The position numbers were made by a program, and so were the translations under genes. This document shows, in pieces, positions 29,677 through 39,430 of a DNA stretch of 64,000 nt. The DNA comes from Deltaproteobacteria bacterium (GTDB lineage Bacteria; Myxococcota; Kuafuiibacteriia; Kuafuiibacteriales; Kuafuiibacteriaceae). The stretch covers positions 425,370 to 489,369 of the forward strand of contig JAVJQW010000070.1 in the NCBI GenBank assembly GCA_040218735.1, given 5' to 3'. Positions within the stretch are counted from its first letter, which is position 1, and each line of letters begins with the position of its first letter. The notes beneath the pieces were generated by a model, which worked only from the letters and a program-made list of their open reading frames with translations, ran no database searches and had not been told where the DNA came from.

Positions 29677-30312
29677 ATGAAAGTGGAAGATCTGCAGGCT
29701 GCCCTCGTTGGACGAGGTTGGACTGTCGAAGTGAAGAAACCCAAAGACCTGGACCCACCGCACAAGCTGGTGAAGGTCCTGAAGGGGGGCCTCTTCAAGT
29801 GCGTCGATGGTCGCTTCTCCGACCAGGCCGCCATGCGAGGTCCGAAAGCCCTGGGTGGCGTGTACGCCATCGCGTCCATGCGAGGCGCACGCACGGTGGC
29901 TGAGCTCCAGAAGATCGTCCAGGACATGAACAAGGCCGGCAAGTACACGCCGTGCGTGCACGGGGACACCCACGGGGGCCCGCTCGGCTGCGGTTACTTC
30001 AAGCTCTGGAAGACGGGGCAGCTGCCTGGCCTGACTCCGCCGAAGTACGACGGCGACTTCGGACGCGCGGCCGTGCTCGCGGCGGGCGGGGTCTACGAGG
30101 GCCTCGTCGGTTCGCACGAGGAGTCGTTCACGGTGATCAACCTGAAGCCGAACACGACGCTCGAGCCGAACTACGAGAACCAGCGCTTCGTCCTCGACGC
30201 ATGGGTCGCCAAGGAGTTCCGCATCGATCTCGCCAAGTACGCAGTGACGGCGGCGGAGACGGTCGAGCGGCTACGCCCCGCGGCGATGCACGCGGTCATC
30301 GTCGTGCCCTGA
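29677..30312 (+). CDS. Zeta-class (cadmium-type, CDCA1-like) carbonic anhydrase, single repeat
   Basis: AL.GRGW, KCVDGR, GPK.LGGVYAIA, P.VHGD, LGCGYFKLW.TG, GSHEE, INL..N.TLEP, QRF.LD.W, A.A.TVE.L: colinear with the diatom CDCA1 repeat as I recall it. Confidence 0.9.
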   Translation: MKVEDLQAALVGRGWTVEVKKPKDLDPPHKLVKVLKGGLFKCVDGRFSDQAAMRGPKALGGVYAIASMRGARTVAELQKIVQDMNKAGKYTPCVHGDTHGGPLGCGYFKLWKTGQLPGLTPPKYDGDFGRAAVLAAGGVYEGLVGSHEESFTVINLKPNTTLEPNYENQRFVLDAWVAKEFRIDLAKYAVTAAETVERLRPAAMHAVIVVP

Positions 30313-30346
30313 ACCGAGCCTGTACGGATCGCTCGCGCACGTTCGA

Positions 30347-31297
30347 TCAAAGATCGTTCGTGCGCTCGAGCTCGTCGTCTTCTTCTTCGTCACCGCCGAC
30401 AACCTGATTTCGGCCGCCGTCCTTCGCGGCGTACAGGCGCTCGTCCGCAGCTTTGATGAACGAGTTCGGGTCGCGGTGCGGCCCCATCTCGGCGATGCCG
30501 ATCGACACGGTCACGTCGATGTCCCGGTCCTCGTAGACGAAGGGCGACGACTCGACCATGCGCCGGATCTTCTCCGCGAAGATACGCGCGCGCGCTCCGT
30601 TGGTCTCGGGCATGAGGATGGCGAACTCCTCGCCACCGTAACGTGCAAACGCCTCCTCCTTGCGGATGTGTTTGCTGACCATCTCGGCGAGCCGACGAAG
30701 GACGAAGTCACCCGCGAGGTGCCCGTGCACGTCGTTCACCTGCTTGAAGTGGTCGATGTCGAACAACAGCAACGACAGCGGGCGATCGTAACGTGCACAA
30801 CGCGCCATCTCGCGGTCGATGAACTCCATGAAGTAGCGCTTGTTGTTCACCTGCGTCAGACCATCGACGATGGTCATCCGGTAGATCTCTTCGTGGAACA
30901 GCGCCTCGATGTTCCCGCCCTGGAGGAACTTCAGGATCGCGCCGCCGATCTTGATCAGGTCGCCGTTGCGGAGCCGATCGAACTTCACCTCGATGTCGTT
31001 GACGTACGAGCCGTTCGTCGACTTGAGGTCCTCGATGTAGAAGCCGTCCTTCTTCGAGAGCACGCGCGCATGGCGGCGCGACACGTTGTCCATGTCGAGG
31101 ACGATGTGGCTCTCGGCGCCGCGGCCGATCACGATCTCCTCCTGGTCCAGCGTGTACTGCTTCCCGAGGTCGCGACCGTAGATGGTCACGAGGCACGACT
31201 CCGTGGAGATGGCCTTGTCGATGATCCGCGAGACGGAAGAGACGCGAGTCTCCTCGTCCTGTCCGGCCATCTCGGCAAATTCCATCACGCCGTTCAT
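30347..31297 (-). CDS. FHA-domain diguanylate cyclase
   Basis: FHA 'IGR...NVSRRHA...DLKSTNG', DGLTQVNN, DIDHFKQVND.HGH.AGD, RYGGEEF. Start is one of several nearby ATGs. Confidence 0.95.
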   Translation of the reverse strand: MNGVMEFAEMAGQDEETRVSSVSRIIDKAISTESCLVTIYGRDLGKQYTLDQEEIVIGRGAESHIVLDMDNVSRRHARVLSKKDGFYIEDLKSTNGSYVNDIEVKFDRLRNGDLIKIGGAILKFLQGGNIEALFHEEIYRMTIVDGLTQVNNKRYFMEFIDREMARCARYDRPLSLLLFDIDHFKQVNDVHGHLAGDFVLRRLAEMVSKHIRKEEAFARYGGEEFAILMPETNGARARIFAEKIRRMVESSPFVYEDRDIDVTVSIGIAEMGPHRDPNSFIKAADERLYAAKDGGRNQVVGGDEEEDDELERTNDL

Positions 31298-31372
31298 ACT
31301 ACGACCTCCCGTGGCCTCGAAGGTATCGGGGTCGATGTAGCGCGTGCGGCGCCCGAGTACGCGCGAGTGGGA

Positions 31373-32803
31373 TCACTGCGGTGCAGGGTCGCTCGTCTCG
31401 TCCGTCGGCACGTCGCCGATGGCACCGGGCGCGCTCGCCGAAGACTTCGGCGGCGACGAAGGCGGCGTGGACTGGGATGATTCGGGCGGCGCATCGGCGT
31501 TTTCGACCTCGGAGGTCCCCAGTCGACTCACCTCGCGCCGGATGTTGTCCAGCTCCGCGAAGGGCGGCATCGCCGCGGCTTCGCTTCGGGCGTCGGAGAG
31601 GGCCTCGTTCGTCGCACGCAACCGGTGAGACAAGACCTGCACGAAGCTCCACAGGAGCTTCGAAGACAGGACCGGCTCCGTGCGCACCAGCCCGTAGAAC
31701 GCTTTTCGAGAAAGCGACATCAGTCGAGTGTCGTTCCGCGCTCGGACGGTGGCCGATCGCGGCGAACGGTCCACCAGCGCCATCTCTCCGAAGTGCACCC
31801 CGGGTCCCAACACGGTGAGCGGACGCCCACCCTTGGTCACCTCCACCTCCCCGGAAAGGATGATGTAGAACTCGTCGCCGTCCGACTGCTCCTCGATGAC
31901 GATCTGTCCGTCCTCGTAGGCGCGCTGCTGGGTCTGGTTCAGGACCTTCACCAGCTCCTTGTAGTTGAGGTGCCGAAACAGCGGGATGCGGCGGAGGATG
32001 TCGAGCTTCTCGATGACATCGACCGCCGACGGGTCGCCCGCGTCCCCCGGGACGCGCAGCACCACGACCGTGATGTTGTCCTTACCGCCGCGCGCGTTCG
32101 CCAGGCCGACGAGCCGCCGCGGGATCTCTTCGCCGTCCTCCTGGAAGAGGATCTGGGCGAGCTCGGCCTCGCTCTCGACGTAGCCGTGCATCCCGTCCGA
32201 GCACGCGAGGTACGTGTCGCCGGGGAGGATGTCGAAGACGAGGGTGTCGACCTGCACCGTCTCGGTGATGCCGACGGCGCGGGTGATGACGTTCGAAAAC
32301 GGCGACCGCTTCGCCTCCTCGACGGTGATCGCGCCCTTCTTGATCTGCTCCCACAGGTACGAGTGGTCCTCGGAGAGCTGGTGAATCTGGTTCGCCCGCG
32401 CCAGGTACACACGCGAGTCGCCGACGTGCGCCATGAAGGCCTTGTTCCCCACGAGGAGGATCATGGAGAGCGTCGTCCCCATGCCGTGGCGCTTCTTGTC
32501 GCGCTGGGCCATGTGGTAGATGGCGCTCGACGCGACGTTGATCGCGAGCTCCACCTCCCGAAGGATCTTGGCGCGTTTCTCCGGCGTCGGGTTCTGCGCG
32601 AAGTCGTCGAGCAGGGCCTTCTTCTTGACCAGCTGCTCCTGGACGCACCGCAGCCCGTAGGCCGAAGCGACCTCACCGGCCGCGTGACCGCCCATGCCGT
32701 CCGCGACGGCGTACAGCCCCAGCTGGTCGTCGATCAGCCAGCCGTCTTCGTTGTGTTTTCGGGCTCGGCCGACATCGGTGAGGGCCCAGGAATCAACACG
32801 CAT
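31373..32803 (-). CDS. PP2C Ser/Thr phosphatase fused to a cyclic-nucleotide-binding domain
   Basis: TDVGR.R.HNED, VADGMGG, HVGDSR, CSDG, GGKDNIT. cNMP motif 'G.HFGEMAL....RSATV'. Confidence 0.94.
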   Translation of the reverse strand: MRVDSWALTDVGRARKHNEDGWLIDDQLGLYAVADGMGGHAAGEVASAYGLRCVQEQLVKKKALLDDFAQNPTPEKRAKILREVELAINVASSAIYHMAQRDKKRHGMGTTLSMILLVGNKAFMAHVGDSRVYLARANQIHQLSEDHSYLWEQIKKGAITVEEAKRSPFSNVITRAVGITETVQVDTLVFDILPGDTYLACSDGMHGYVESEAELAQILFQEDGEEIPRRLVGLANARGGKDNITVVVLRVPGDAGDPSAVDVIEKLDILRRIPLFRHLNYKELVKVLNQTQQRAYEDGQIVIEEQSDGDEFYIILSGEVEVTKGGRPLTVLGPGVHFGEMALVDRSPRSATVRARNDTRLMSLSRKAFYGLVRTEPVLSSKLLWSFVQVLSHRLRATNEALSDARSEAAAMPPFAELDNIRREVSRLGTSEVENADAPPESSQSTPPSSPPKSSASAPGAIGDVPTDETSDPAPQ

Positions 32804-32857
32804 CGGTTAGGGACGGCCTTTCAGTCCCCGGCACGCTAGCAACACCCGATCATGGGG

Positions 32858-33829
32858 TCAAATTAGCGAGGCGAGCGCCGTCTCGGGCCGCGCACCGTAG
32901 TGCTGGATGACCTCGGCGGCCGCGATCGAGGCGATGCGACCGGCCTCCGCGAGCCCCTTGCCGTGTGTGTAGCCGTACAAAAAGCCCGCCGCGTACAGGT
33001 CCCCCGCGCCGGTGGTGTCGATCAGCTGGTCGATCGGCGCCGCCGGCACCTCGACGATCTCGCTGCCGGACACGATGACGCTGCCCTTCTCGCTGCGCGT
33101 CAGCGCGGCGATCTCGCAGTGACCCTTCACGTGTTTCACGGCCTCGTCGAACGACTCGACCTCGTACAGCGACGTGATCTCCGACTCGTTCGCGAAGAGC
33201 AGATCGATGTGCCCCTCGACCAGATCGAGGAACGCCGCACGGTGGCGCCCCACGCAGAAGCCGTCCGACAGCGTGAGCGCGACCTTCTGCCCTGCCTCGT
33301 GCGCGACCTTCGCGGCCTTGTAGAACGCCTCCTTCGCCTGCGGCGGGTCGAAGAGGTACCCCTCGAGGTACGTCACCTTGCTCGCCGCGACGAGCGCCTC
33401 GTCGATGTCGTCCGGCCCCAGCTCCACACACGCCCCGAGGAACGTGTTCATCGTGCGCTGCGCGTCGGGCGTCACGAGGATCAGGCAGCGCGCGGTGGGC
33501 GCCCCGCCGTCGAGCGGCTTCGTCGTGAACGCGAGCCCGCCCGCGCGGATGTCGTGGGAGAACACGGCGCCGAGCTGGTCGTTCGCGACCTTCCCGATGT
33601 ACGCGCCCGTCCCGCCCAGCGAGGCGACGCCGGCCATCGTGTTCGCCGCCGACCCGCCCGAGACCTCGACCCCCGCCGCCATCTTCGCGTACAGCGCGTC
33701 GGCTTGGGCGGCGTCGATGAGCGTCATCGCGCCCTTCTCGATGCTGTTCGTGGTGAGGAAGTCGTCGTCCGCCTTGGCGAGGACGTCGACGATGGCGTTT
33801 CCGATTCCGAGTACGTCGTATTGGGTCAT
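32858..33829 (-). CDS. PfkB-family adenosine kinase
   Basis: YDVLGIGNAIVD, SGGSAANT, RTMNTFLGAC, FANE.E, DTTGAGD. Confidence 0.92.
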   Translation of the reverse strand: MTQYDVLGIGNAIVDVLAKADDDFLTTNSIEKGAMTLIDAAQADALYAKMAAGVEVSGGSAANTMAGVASLGGTGAYIGKVANDQLGAVFSHDIRAGGLAFTTKPLDGGAPTARCLILVTPDAQRTMNTFLGACVELGPDDIDEALVAASKVTYLEGYLFDPPQAKEAFYKAAKVAHEAGQKVALTLSDGFCVGRHRAAFLDLVEGHIDLLFANESEITSLYEVESFDEAVKHVKGHCEIAALTRSEKGSVIVSGSEIVEVPAAPIDQLIDTTGAGDLYAAGFLYGYTHGKGLAEAGRIASIAAAEVIQHYGARPETALASLI

Positions 33830-34716
33830 GCGTTGGGCTTTCCGTCGAAGTGACGAAGGATGGGTTCGAGGTCTGCCTTGCGCGACGCCGAGATGGCGTC
33901 GAGGGGCGTCATGATGCTGGTCCGTGCGGCGGTGCCGCACAGCGCGCAGGTGGAGCGCTCCGCCGCGTCCGCGACGGTGGCGCGGATGAGCGTCTTTGCG
34001 TTGTTCACGTTCTTGCGGAGCGTCTCGAGGACCGCCTCCACGGTGACCGACTCCTCCTCCTCGTGCCAGCAGTCGTAGTCGGTCGCGAGCGCGATCGTCG
34101 CGTAACAAATCTCCGCCTCGCGGGCGAGCTTGGCCTCCGGCATGTTGGTCATGCCGATGACGCTCACCCCCCACGAGCGGTAGAGGAACGACTCCGCACG
34201 CGTGGAGAACTGCGGGCCCTCCATGCAGATGTACGTGCCGCGGTGGTGCACGTCGACCGGCACGGCGCTCGCGTGGTCGTTCAGCGACTCGCGCAGCGCC
34301 GGACAGATCGGATCCGCGAGCGGCACGTGCGCGACGACGCCGTCCCCGTAGAACGTGGCGGCGCGCTGACGGGTGCGGTCGATGAACTGGTCGACGAGGA
34401 CCAGGTGCCCCGGGACGATCGCCTCCTTCATCGACCCCACCGCGGACACGGAGAGGAGCCGGTCGACGCCGAGCTTCTTCATGCCCCAGATGTTCGCGCG
34501 GAAGTTGATCTCGTGCGGGAGGACCGAGTGGCTCGCCCCGTGGCGCGGGAGGAACACCATCCGGTGCCCGTCGAGCATGCCCGTGATGTAGGCGTCGGAG
34601 GGCGCGCCGTAGGGGGTCTCGAGGGCGACGCGCTCGATGTTCTCGAGCCCGTCCATCTCGTAGAGGCCACTGCCGCCGATCACCCCGATCGCGCCGGGCT
34701 CATGGACGTCGTTCAC
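33826..34716 (-). CDS. mtnP: S-methyl-5'-thioadenosine phosphorylase
   Basis: IGVIGGSGLY, FLPRHG, NFRANI, EGPQFSTRAES, GMTNMPEAKLAREAE, TDYDCW. Confidence 0.96.
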   Translation of the reverse strand: MNDVHEPGAIGVIGGSGLYEMDGLENIERVALETPYGAPSDAYITGMLDGHRMVFLPRHGASHSVLPHEINFRANIWGMKKLGVDRLLSVSAVGSMKEAIVPGHLVLVDQFIDRTRQRAATFYGDGVVAHVPLADPICPALRESLNDHASAVPVDVHHRGTYICMEGPQFSTRAESFLYRSWGVSVIGMTNMPEAKLAREAEICYATIALATDYDCWHEEEESVTVEAVLETLRKNVNNAKTLIRATVADAAERSTCALCGTAARTSIMTPLDAISASRKADLEPILRHFDGKPNA

Positions 34717-34784
34717 GGCGGCGCGAGTAGCATCCCCCCTTCGGCAGGGTCAACCGAGCCGGCGCGTTGGTGTATGTTGGCGAG

Positions 34785-35135
34785 GTGCGACGAGCGTTGT
34801 GGTTCCTCGTTCTTCTGGGCGCGTCCTGCGCGGGCGACGACGTCGACCCGTGCCTGGACACGCCGACCTACGAACGCGGGGTTCGGGACGTCCTCGACGA
34901 AAAGTGCACGGACTGCCACCACACCTCGAAGATGGGGCTGGACCGAAACGGCGCGCCCGACGCGCTGAACTTCGACGACTACGCCACGCTCGCGAACGAC
35001 GTGCAGGCGATCGCCGAGGCGATCACCTCGGGGCGCATGCCCCCGCGCGGGGATCCCGAGGCCCCGCCCGGCACCTCCGACGTCGAGCGCGACCTCGTGC
35101 AGGACTGGCGACGCTGCGGTTTCCCAGAAGACTGA
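34785..35135 (+). CDS. Small c-type cytochrome-like lipoprotein
   Basis: Lipobox LGASC, KCTDCH heme motif and distal 'MPP' Met ligand. Confidence 0.78.
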   Translation: MRRALWFLVLLGASCAGDDVDPCLDTPTYERGVRDVLDEKCTDCHHTSKMGLDRNGAPDALNFDDYATLANDVQAIAEAITSGRMPPRGDPEAPPGTSDVERDLVQDWRRCGFPED

Positions 35136-35215
35136 GCCGCGCGTCCCACCTCGAACGCACACGAACCATCGTTACGTTCGTCACATCCGCTTACTGTAGG
35201 GCACCAGGAGTCTAG

Positions 35216-38200
35216 GTGCGCGTCGGATCCAGACCACTCGAGACGCTCCGTACGGGCGACGACGATCCCGCGACACCGCGCGCCGCGGAACCGCTGCGTC
35301 TCCCCGACGCGCCCCGCACGACCGGCGCGGCGAAGTCGAACACGAAGCCGCGCTCCACGAGCGGGGTCGCCGCGTTCATGACGAATGCGCTGCGGCGCTT
35401 CGACAAGGCGGCCGCCGCGGTGATGATCGGCGCCCTGCCGCTCCCCGCGCTCGCGGGCGGACCGCTCCTCGCGGAGGACCACGCCCGGTTCGATCCCGAG
35501 GTCCGCATCGAGGCCCACGTCCTGCCGTGGCGCGCCGCGGGGGGCCTTGCCGGATCGGTCGACGCGCGCGACGTGTTCCAGGCGCACCTCACGGATCGCC
35601 TGCGCGACATCGAGGCCCAGCGCGCGCAGTTCCTCGCGACCGCGCCGCCCGACCCGGTGGTGCGGACGGATCTGCTGCGCCTGTCGGAGGTCGTGCGGCG
35701 CTTCGATCGAATGGTCGACGGCGCCCGGCTCCCCCCGAACCTCCTCGCCGACATGGACCGTGTCCTCGACGCGATCGAGGCGGCCCGGCCGGGGGTCTAC
35801 ACGCCGGCGATCGATCTCGCGTTGCTCGACCTTCCCTCGGTGTCGCGCGTCGAGGTCGGTGCACCGACGATCCCCGCGGCCGACCTGACCGCGATCCTCG
35901 ACGCCTCGCCGACCGACCTCCCCGACCAGATGGCGGCGGTCCTCGCCAGTTACTCGGCGATCATGTCGAACGCCGACGCTGCGCTGAACGTGCTGCCGGG
36001 CTTCACGTACGTCAGCCCCGTCCCGCTGTTCTACGACTCGGGCGATGGTGTGCTGCTCGTCCCGCCCGGCGCGACGGTCGAGAGCCAAAACGGTCAGTTC
36101 TCGATCCACGCGCCGCAGATGTTCTGGCGGCAGGACGGTCTGCTCGTCGCCGCCGAAGAAGGCACCGTCCACCTCGGTTCCGAGCTCGACGGCCTCACCG
36201 CGAGCACCGCCTCCGCGCAGGGGGACGACTGGTCCGCGGTCACCGAGGACTTCGTCGCCGGCGTGCGACGCGACGACGGCTACGGCGTGATCGCCGCGCG
36301 GCGCATGGACCTCGATTTAGCGTCCGGCTCGGCGCACCTCGAAGACGCCGAGCTCGTCGTGGCCGACACCGGCGACGCGGAGCTGTTCGCCGGGGCGCTC
36401 GACTTCTCGGCCGGCAACCGAACGCTCTCGGCCGACACCCTCACCGCGACGCAGACCCGCGACGGGACGACGGCGTCCGCGGCGCACATCGCGTTCGGCG
36501 ACGGCGTCACTTCGATCTCGGGTTCCGCGGTCGACCTCCACTTCGGACCGAACGGCGCGACGCTGAGCGGCGAACGGCTCGACATCACGAACGGCACGAC
36601 CCGCGGCACGCTCGAAGGCGCTCGGGCGTCGCTCCGTCCGACCGACGACGGGCACGACCTCGCGTTCGTCGCGGACCGCGCCCACTTCGAGGACGGCGTT
36701 CAGACGATCGATCTGTCGGGCGCCGACGCAAACGCGAGCTTCGACGCCGACGGCCACCTCACCGCGCTCGATGGTCGGGCGAGCAGCACGAACGTCACCA
36801 CGGGCGCCGGCGCGTTCATCGGCACCAACGGCGCGATCGCGGCGCGCTTCGACCGGGGCACCCTCACCGCGATCGACGCGAGCACCGCGACCGGTCAGTG
36901 GACCGGGACGGACGGGACCGTCGTCGCCGCGAGCGACGCGGGCCTCGCCCTCGCCTTCGATGACGGTCGCCTCCGCCAGGCGACGCTCGCGTCCGGTGCG
37001 CTCCACGTCGTGCAGGGCGACCACGACGCCGCCCTCCAGGGCCTCGACCTGAACGTCGCGTTCGACGAAGCGGGTCACCTCGACGAGGCCACCGGCCGCG
37101 CCGCGCGCCTCGACTACCGAAACACCGACGGCACCCTCGTCGGCGCGGGCGACGTTCGGTTGAACGTCGACGCGACCGGCGGCGTGCTGGATCGTGTGCA
37201 GCTCGCGGCCGGGCAGCTCGACTACCAACGCGGAGCGGAGTCCCTCGCGGTCACGAACGGCACCCTGGTCCTCGACGCGGAGGGCGGTCGTGTGACCCAC
37301 GCCGTCGCGACGTTCGACGCCGCGACCTACGAGGCCGGCTTCGGGCGCCTCGCACTCGCGGGGACGTCGCTGTCGATCGACTACACCGACGACGGCACGA
37401 CCTTCCACGGCTTCGCCGAGCACCTCGACCTCGCGAACGACGGCGGGCGCCTCCTCGTCGACGGCGGCGCGGTGAACGGCTCGCTCCGCCCGGACGGTAC
37501 GCTGGAGGCGTTGGGTCTGTCCGGCGACCACCTCGCGTACACGGGCACGACCGAGGGCGACCACCCGCTCGTCGTCGACCTCGCGAGCCCGTCCGCCGTG
37601 CTCACCGCGCTCGACGGCGGCGGGCAGCGGCTCGACTTCACGACCGGCGCCGGTCACTTCGAGGTCGACGGTCACCGGGTCGCGCTCGAAGGCCTCGAAC
37701 TGCTCACGCTCACCACCACCCCCGACGGCGAGGTCGACACCTTCGCGGCGGACTTCGACGGGCAGCTCGACTTCGTCCAGCGCGGCGGCGACCTCACCGT
37801 CCTCACACGTGACGTCGAGACGACCTACGACCGTGCGACCTCCACGCTCACGCTGGACTTCGCGGAGGCCGACGTCGCCCTCCGCAGCGCGGGGCTGCAG
37901 GCCCGCATCGAGGGGGCGCACGGCGAGCTCGACGATTCGCGCGTCTTCATCTCCGTCGACCGCGCCGAGGTGCTCCGCGATCTCGGCGAGCAGCTGAACG
38001 TCGAGGTCGAGTCCCTCACCGTCGAAGCCACGCGCACCGCGACGGGCGCGCTGCAGACGCTCGACCTGTCGCTCGCGAGCCTCGACGCCGACATCGCCGG
38101 CATCCACGCGATCGTCCGGACGCCGGACGGGGAGCGCCTGCGGCTGCACATCGGCACCGACGAGAGCGGCCAGACGGTGCAGCACGCCTACCTCCTCATC

Positions 38201-39406
38201 CCGGAGGGCGGCGAGGTGCGGCTCACGCAGGACGACGACAGCGTTCGGCTCGGCGGCCAGCTCATCAGCTACACCCTCGGCGACGATGGCATCTACCGCC
38301 TCCGCGGCGAGAGCCTCGACCTCGAAGCGAGGACGAAGGACTTCGGCGTGCGGGTCGAGGGCGGCGACGCGCAGGTCTCGCTCGACCCCGCGACGGGGCG
38401 GCTCACGATCGACGAGATCACCGGCACCCGCATCGACGTGAATCACGACGATCTCGCGTTCACGATCGACGTCGAAGCGATGAACGACTTCATGGTCCGC
38501 GCGACGCGCCTGAGCGGCGGCGCCACGGGCCTCGCCTTCCACCTCGAGCCCACCCGCGACGGCTCGAGCCTGACCGCGTTCACCACGGGCGAGGTCGGCG
38601 GGCTCCCGTTCACGCTGGGCTTCTCGAACGTGCACGAGCTGGAGGGGCTCGGCGCCATCTCCGAGAACCAAGTGCATGCCTACTTGCGCGACCCGAGCGG
38701 GCGCGGCCACATCGAGCTCGGCTTCGGGCCGCTCGAGATGTCGGGGTCCGCGCTGGAGTTCGTGGGGCGTTACCACCCCTACGACGCCGGGCGAATGCTC
38801 GAGACGGTGCAGCGCTACACGACGCTCGCCGGCACCGAGGTGTTCAGCGGCCTCTCCTTCGACCACGACGGCGTGGTCCGCCTCGGCACCGACCGCGAGG
38901 GCCTCAACGCCGAGCTCGCCGTGGTCCTCCCGCGCCAGTACGCCCTCCCCGGCTACCGCTTCGCGGTCACGGACCAACCGGCCGCGGCGCCGGGCGTGAT
39001 CGGCAGCGTCGGCTGGCGCCACGAGGACTTCACGTTCAGCGTCTTCGGCGGCCTCGTCCCCGGCGCACACGCGACCGGCTACGTGAAGGAAGGCGACGCG
39101 TCGTTGTTCGGCGTCGGCGTCCCGGACCGCTTCGACCTCCCCGCCACCGTCATCGGCGGCGGCCGCGTCGACCTGGGCAACTTCGCGAACGGCGACCTGT
39201 CCGTCGTCGCCGGCGGCTACTACAACCCTGCGAGCGCCGTCGACAGCCCGTTCCTCAACGAGCCCACGGCCTTCGGCGCCTTCGGCGGCCTCGAGTACCG
39301 CGACGACGACGGCTGGTTCGTCAACGGCAGCGCCGTCGCGGACTTCGACCGAGGCGGCACGGTCCAGGGCGGCGCCGTGATGCTGATGCTCGGCGCGAAG
39401 TTCTGA
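35216..39406 (+). CDS. Large acidic beta-strand-rich hypothetical protein with a possible C-terminal outer-membrane barrel
   Basis: 1396-aa ORF with host-like codon use and repeated short beta hairpins ('FD.DG.L'). Ends MLMLGAKF. Confidence 0.7.
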   Translation: MRVGSRPLETLRTGDDDPATPRAAEPLRLPDAPRTTGAAKSNTKPRSTSGVAAFMTNALRRFDKAAAAVMIGALPLPALAGGPLLAEDHARFDPEVRIEAHVLPWRAAGGLAGSVDARDVFQAHLTDRLRDIEAQRAQFLATAPPDPVVRTDLLRLSEVVRRFDRMVDGARLPPNLLADMDRVLDAIEAARPGVYTPAIDLALLDLPSVSRVEVGAPTIPAADLTAILDASPTDLPDQMAAVLASYSAIMSNADAALNVLPGFTYVSPVPLFYDSGDGVLLVPPGATVESQNGQFSIHAPQMFWRQDGLLVAAEEGTVHLGSELDGLTASTASAQGDDWSAVTEDFVAGVRRDDGYGVIAARRMDLDLASGSAHLEDAELVVADTGDAELFAGALDFSAGNRTLSADTLTATQTRDGTTASAAHIAFGDGVTSISGSAVDLHFGPNGATLSGERLDITNGTTRGTLEGARASLRPTDDGHDLAFVADRAHFEDGVQTIDLSGADANASFDADGHLTALDGRASSTNVTTGAGAFIGTNGAIAARFDRGTLTAIDASTATGQWTGTDGTVVAASDAGLALAFDDGRLRQATLASGALHVVQGDHDAALQGLDLNVAFDEAGHLDEATGRAARLDYRNTDGTLVGAGDVRLNVDATGGVLDRVQLAAGQLDYQRGAESLAVTNGTLVLDAEGGRVTHAVATFDAATYEAGFGRLALAGTSLSIDYTDDGTTFHGFAEHLDLANDGGRLLVDGGAVNGSLRPDGTLEALGLSGDHLAYTGTTEGDHPLVVDLASPSAVLTALDGGGQRLDFTTGAGHFEVDGHRVALEGLELLTLTTTPDGEVDTFAADFDGQLDFVQRGGDLTVLTRDVETTYDRATSTLTLDFAEADVALRSAGLQARIEGAHGELDDSRVFISVDRAEVLRDLGEQLNVEVESLTVEATRTATGALQTLDLSLASLDADIAGIHAIVRTPDGERLRLHIGTDESGQTVQHAYLLIPEGGEVRLTQDDDSVRLGGQLISYTLGDDGIYRLRGESLDLEARTKDFGVRVEGGDAQVSLDPATGRLTIDEITGTRIDVNHDDLAFTIDVEAMNDFMVRATRLSGGATGLAFHLEPTRDGSSLTAFTTGEVGGLPFTLGFSNVHELEGLGAISENQVHAYLRDPSGRGHIELGFGPLEMSGSALEFVGRYHPYDAGRMLETVQRYTTLAGTEVFSGLSFDHDGVVRLGTDREGLNAELAVVLPRQYALPGYRFAVTDQPAAAPGVIGSVGWRHEDFTFSVFGGLVPGAHATGYVKEGDASLFGVGVPDRFDLPATVIGGGRVDLGNFANGDLSVVAGGYYNPASAVDSPFLNEPTAFGAFGGLEYRDDDGWFVNGSAVADFDRGGTVQGGAVMLMLGAKF

Positions 39407-39430
39407 ACGGCTCGGGACGCCGCGTGAGGT

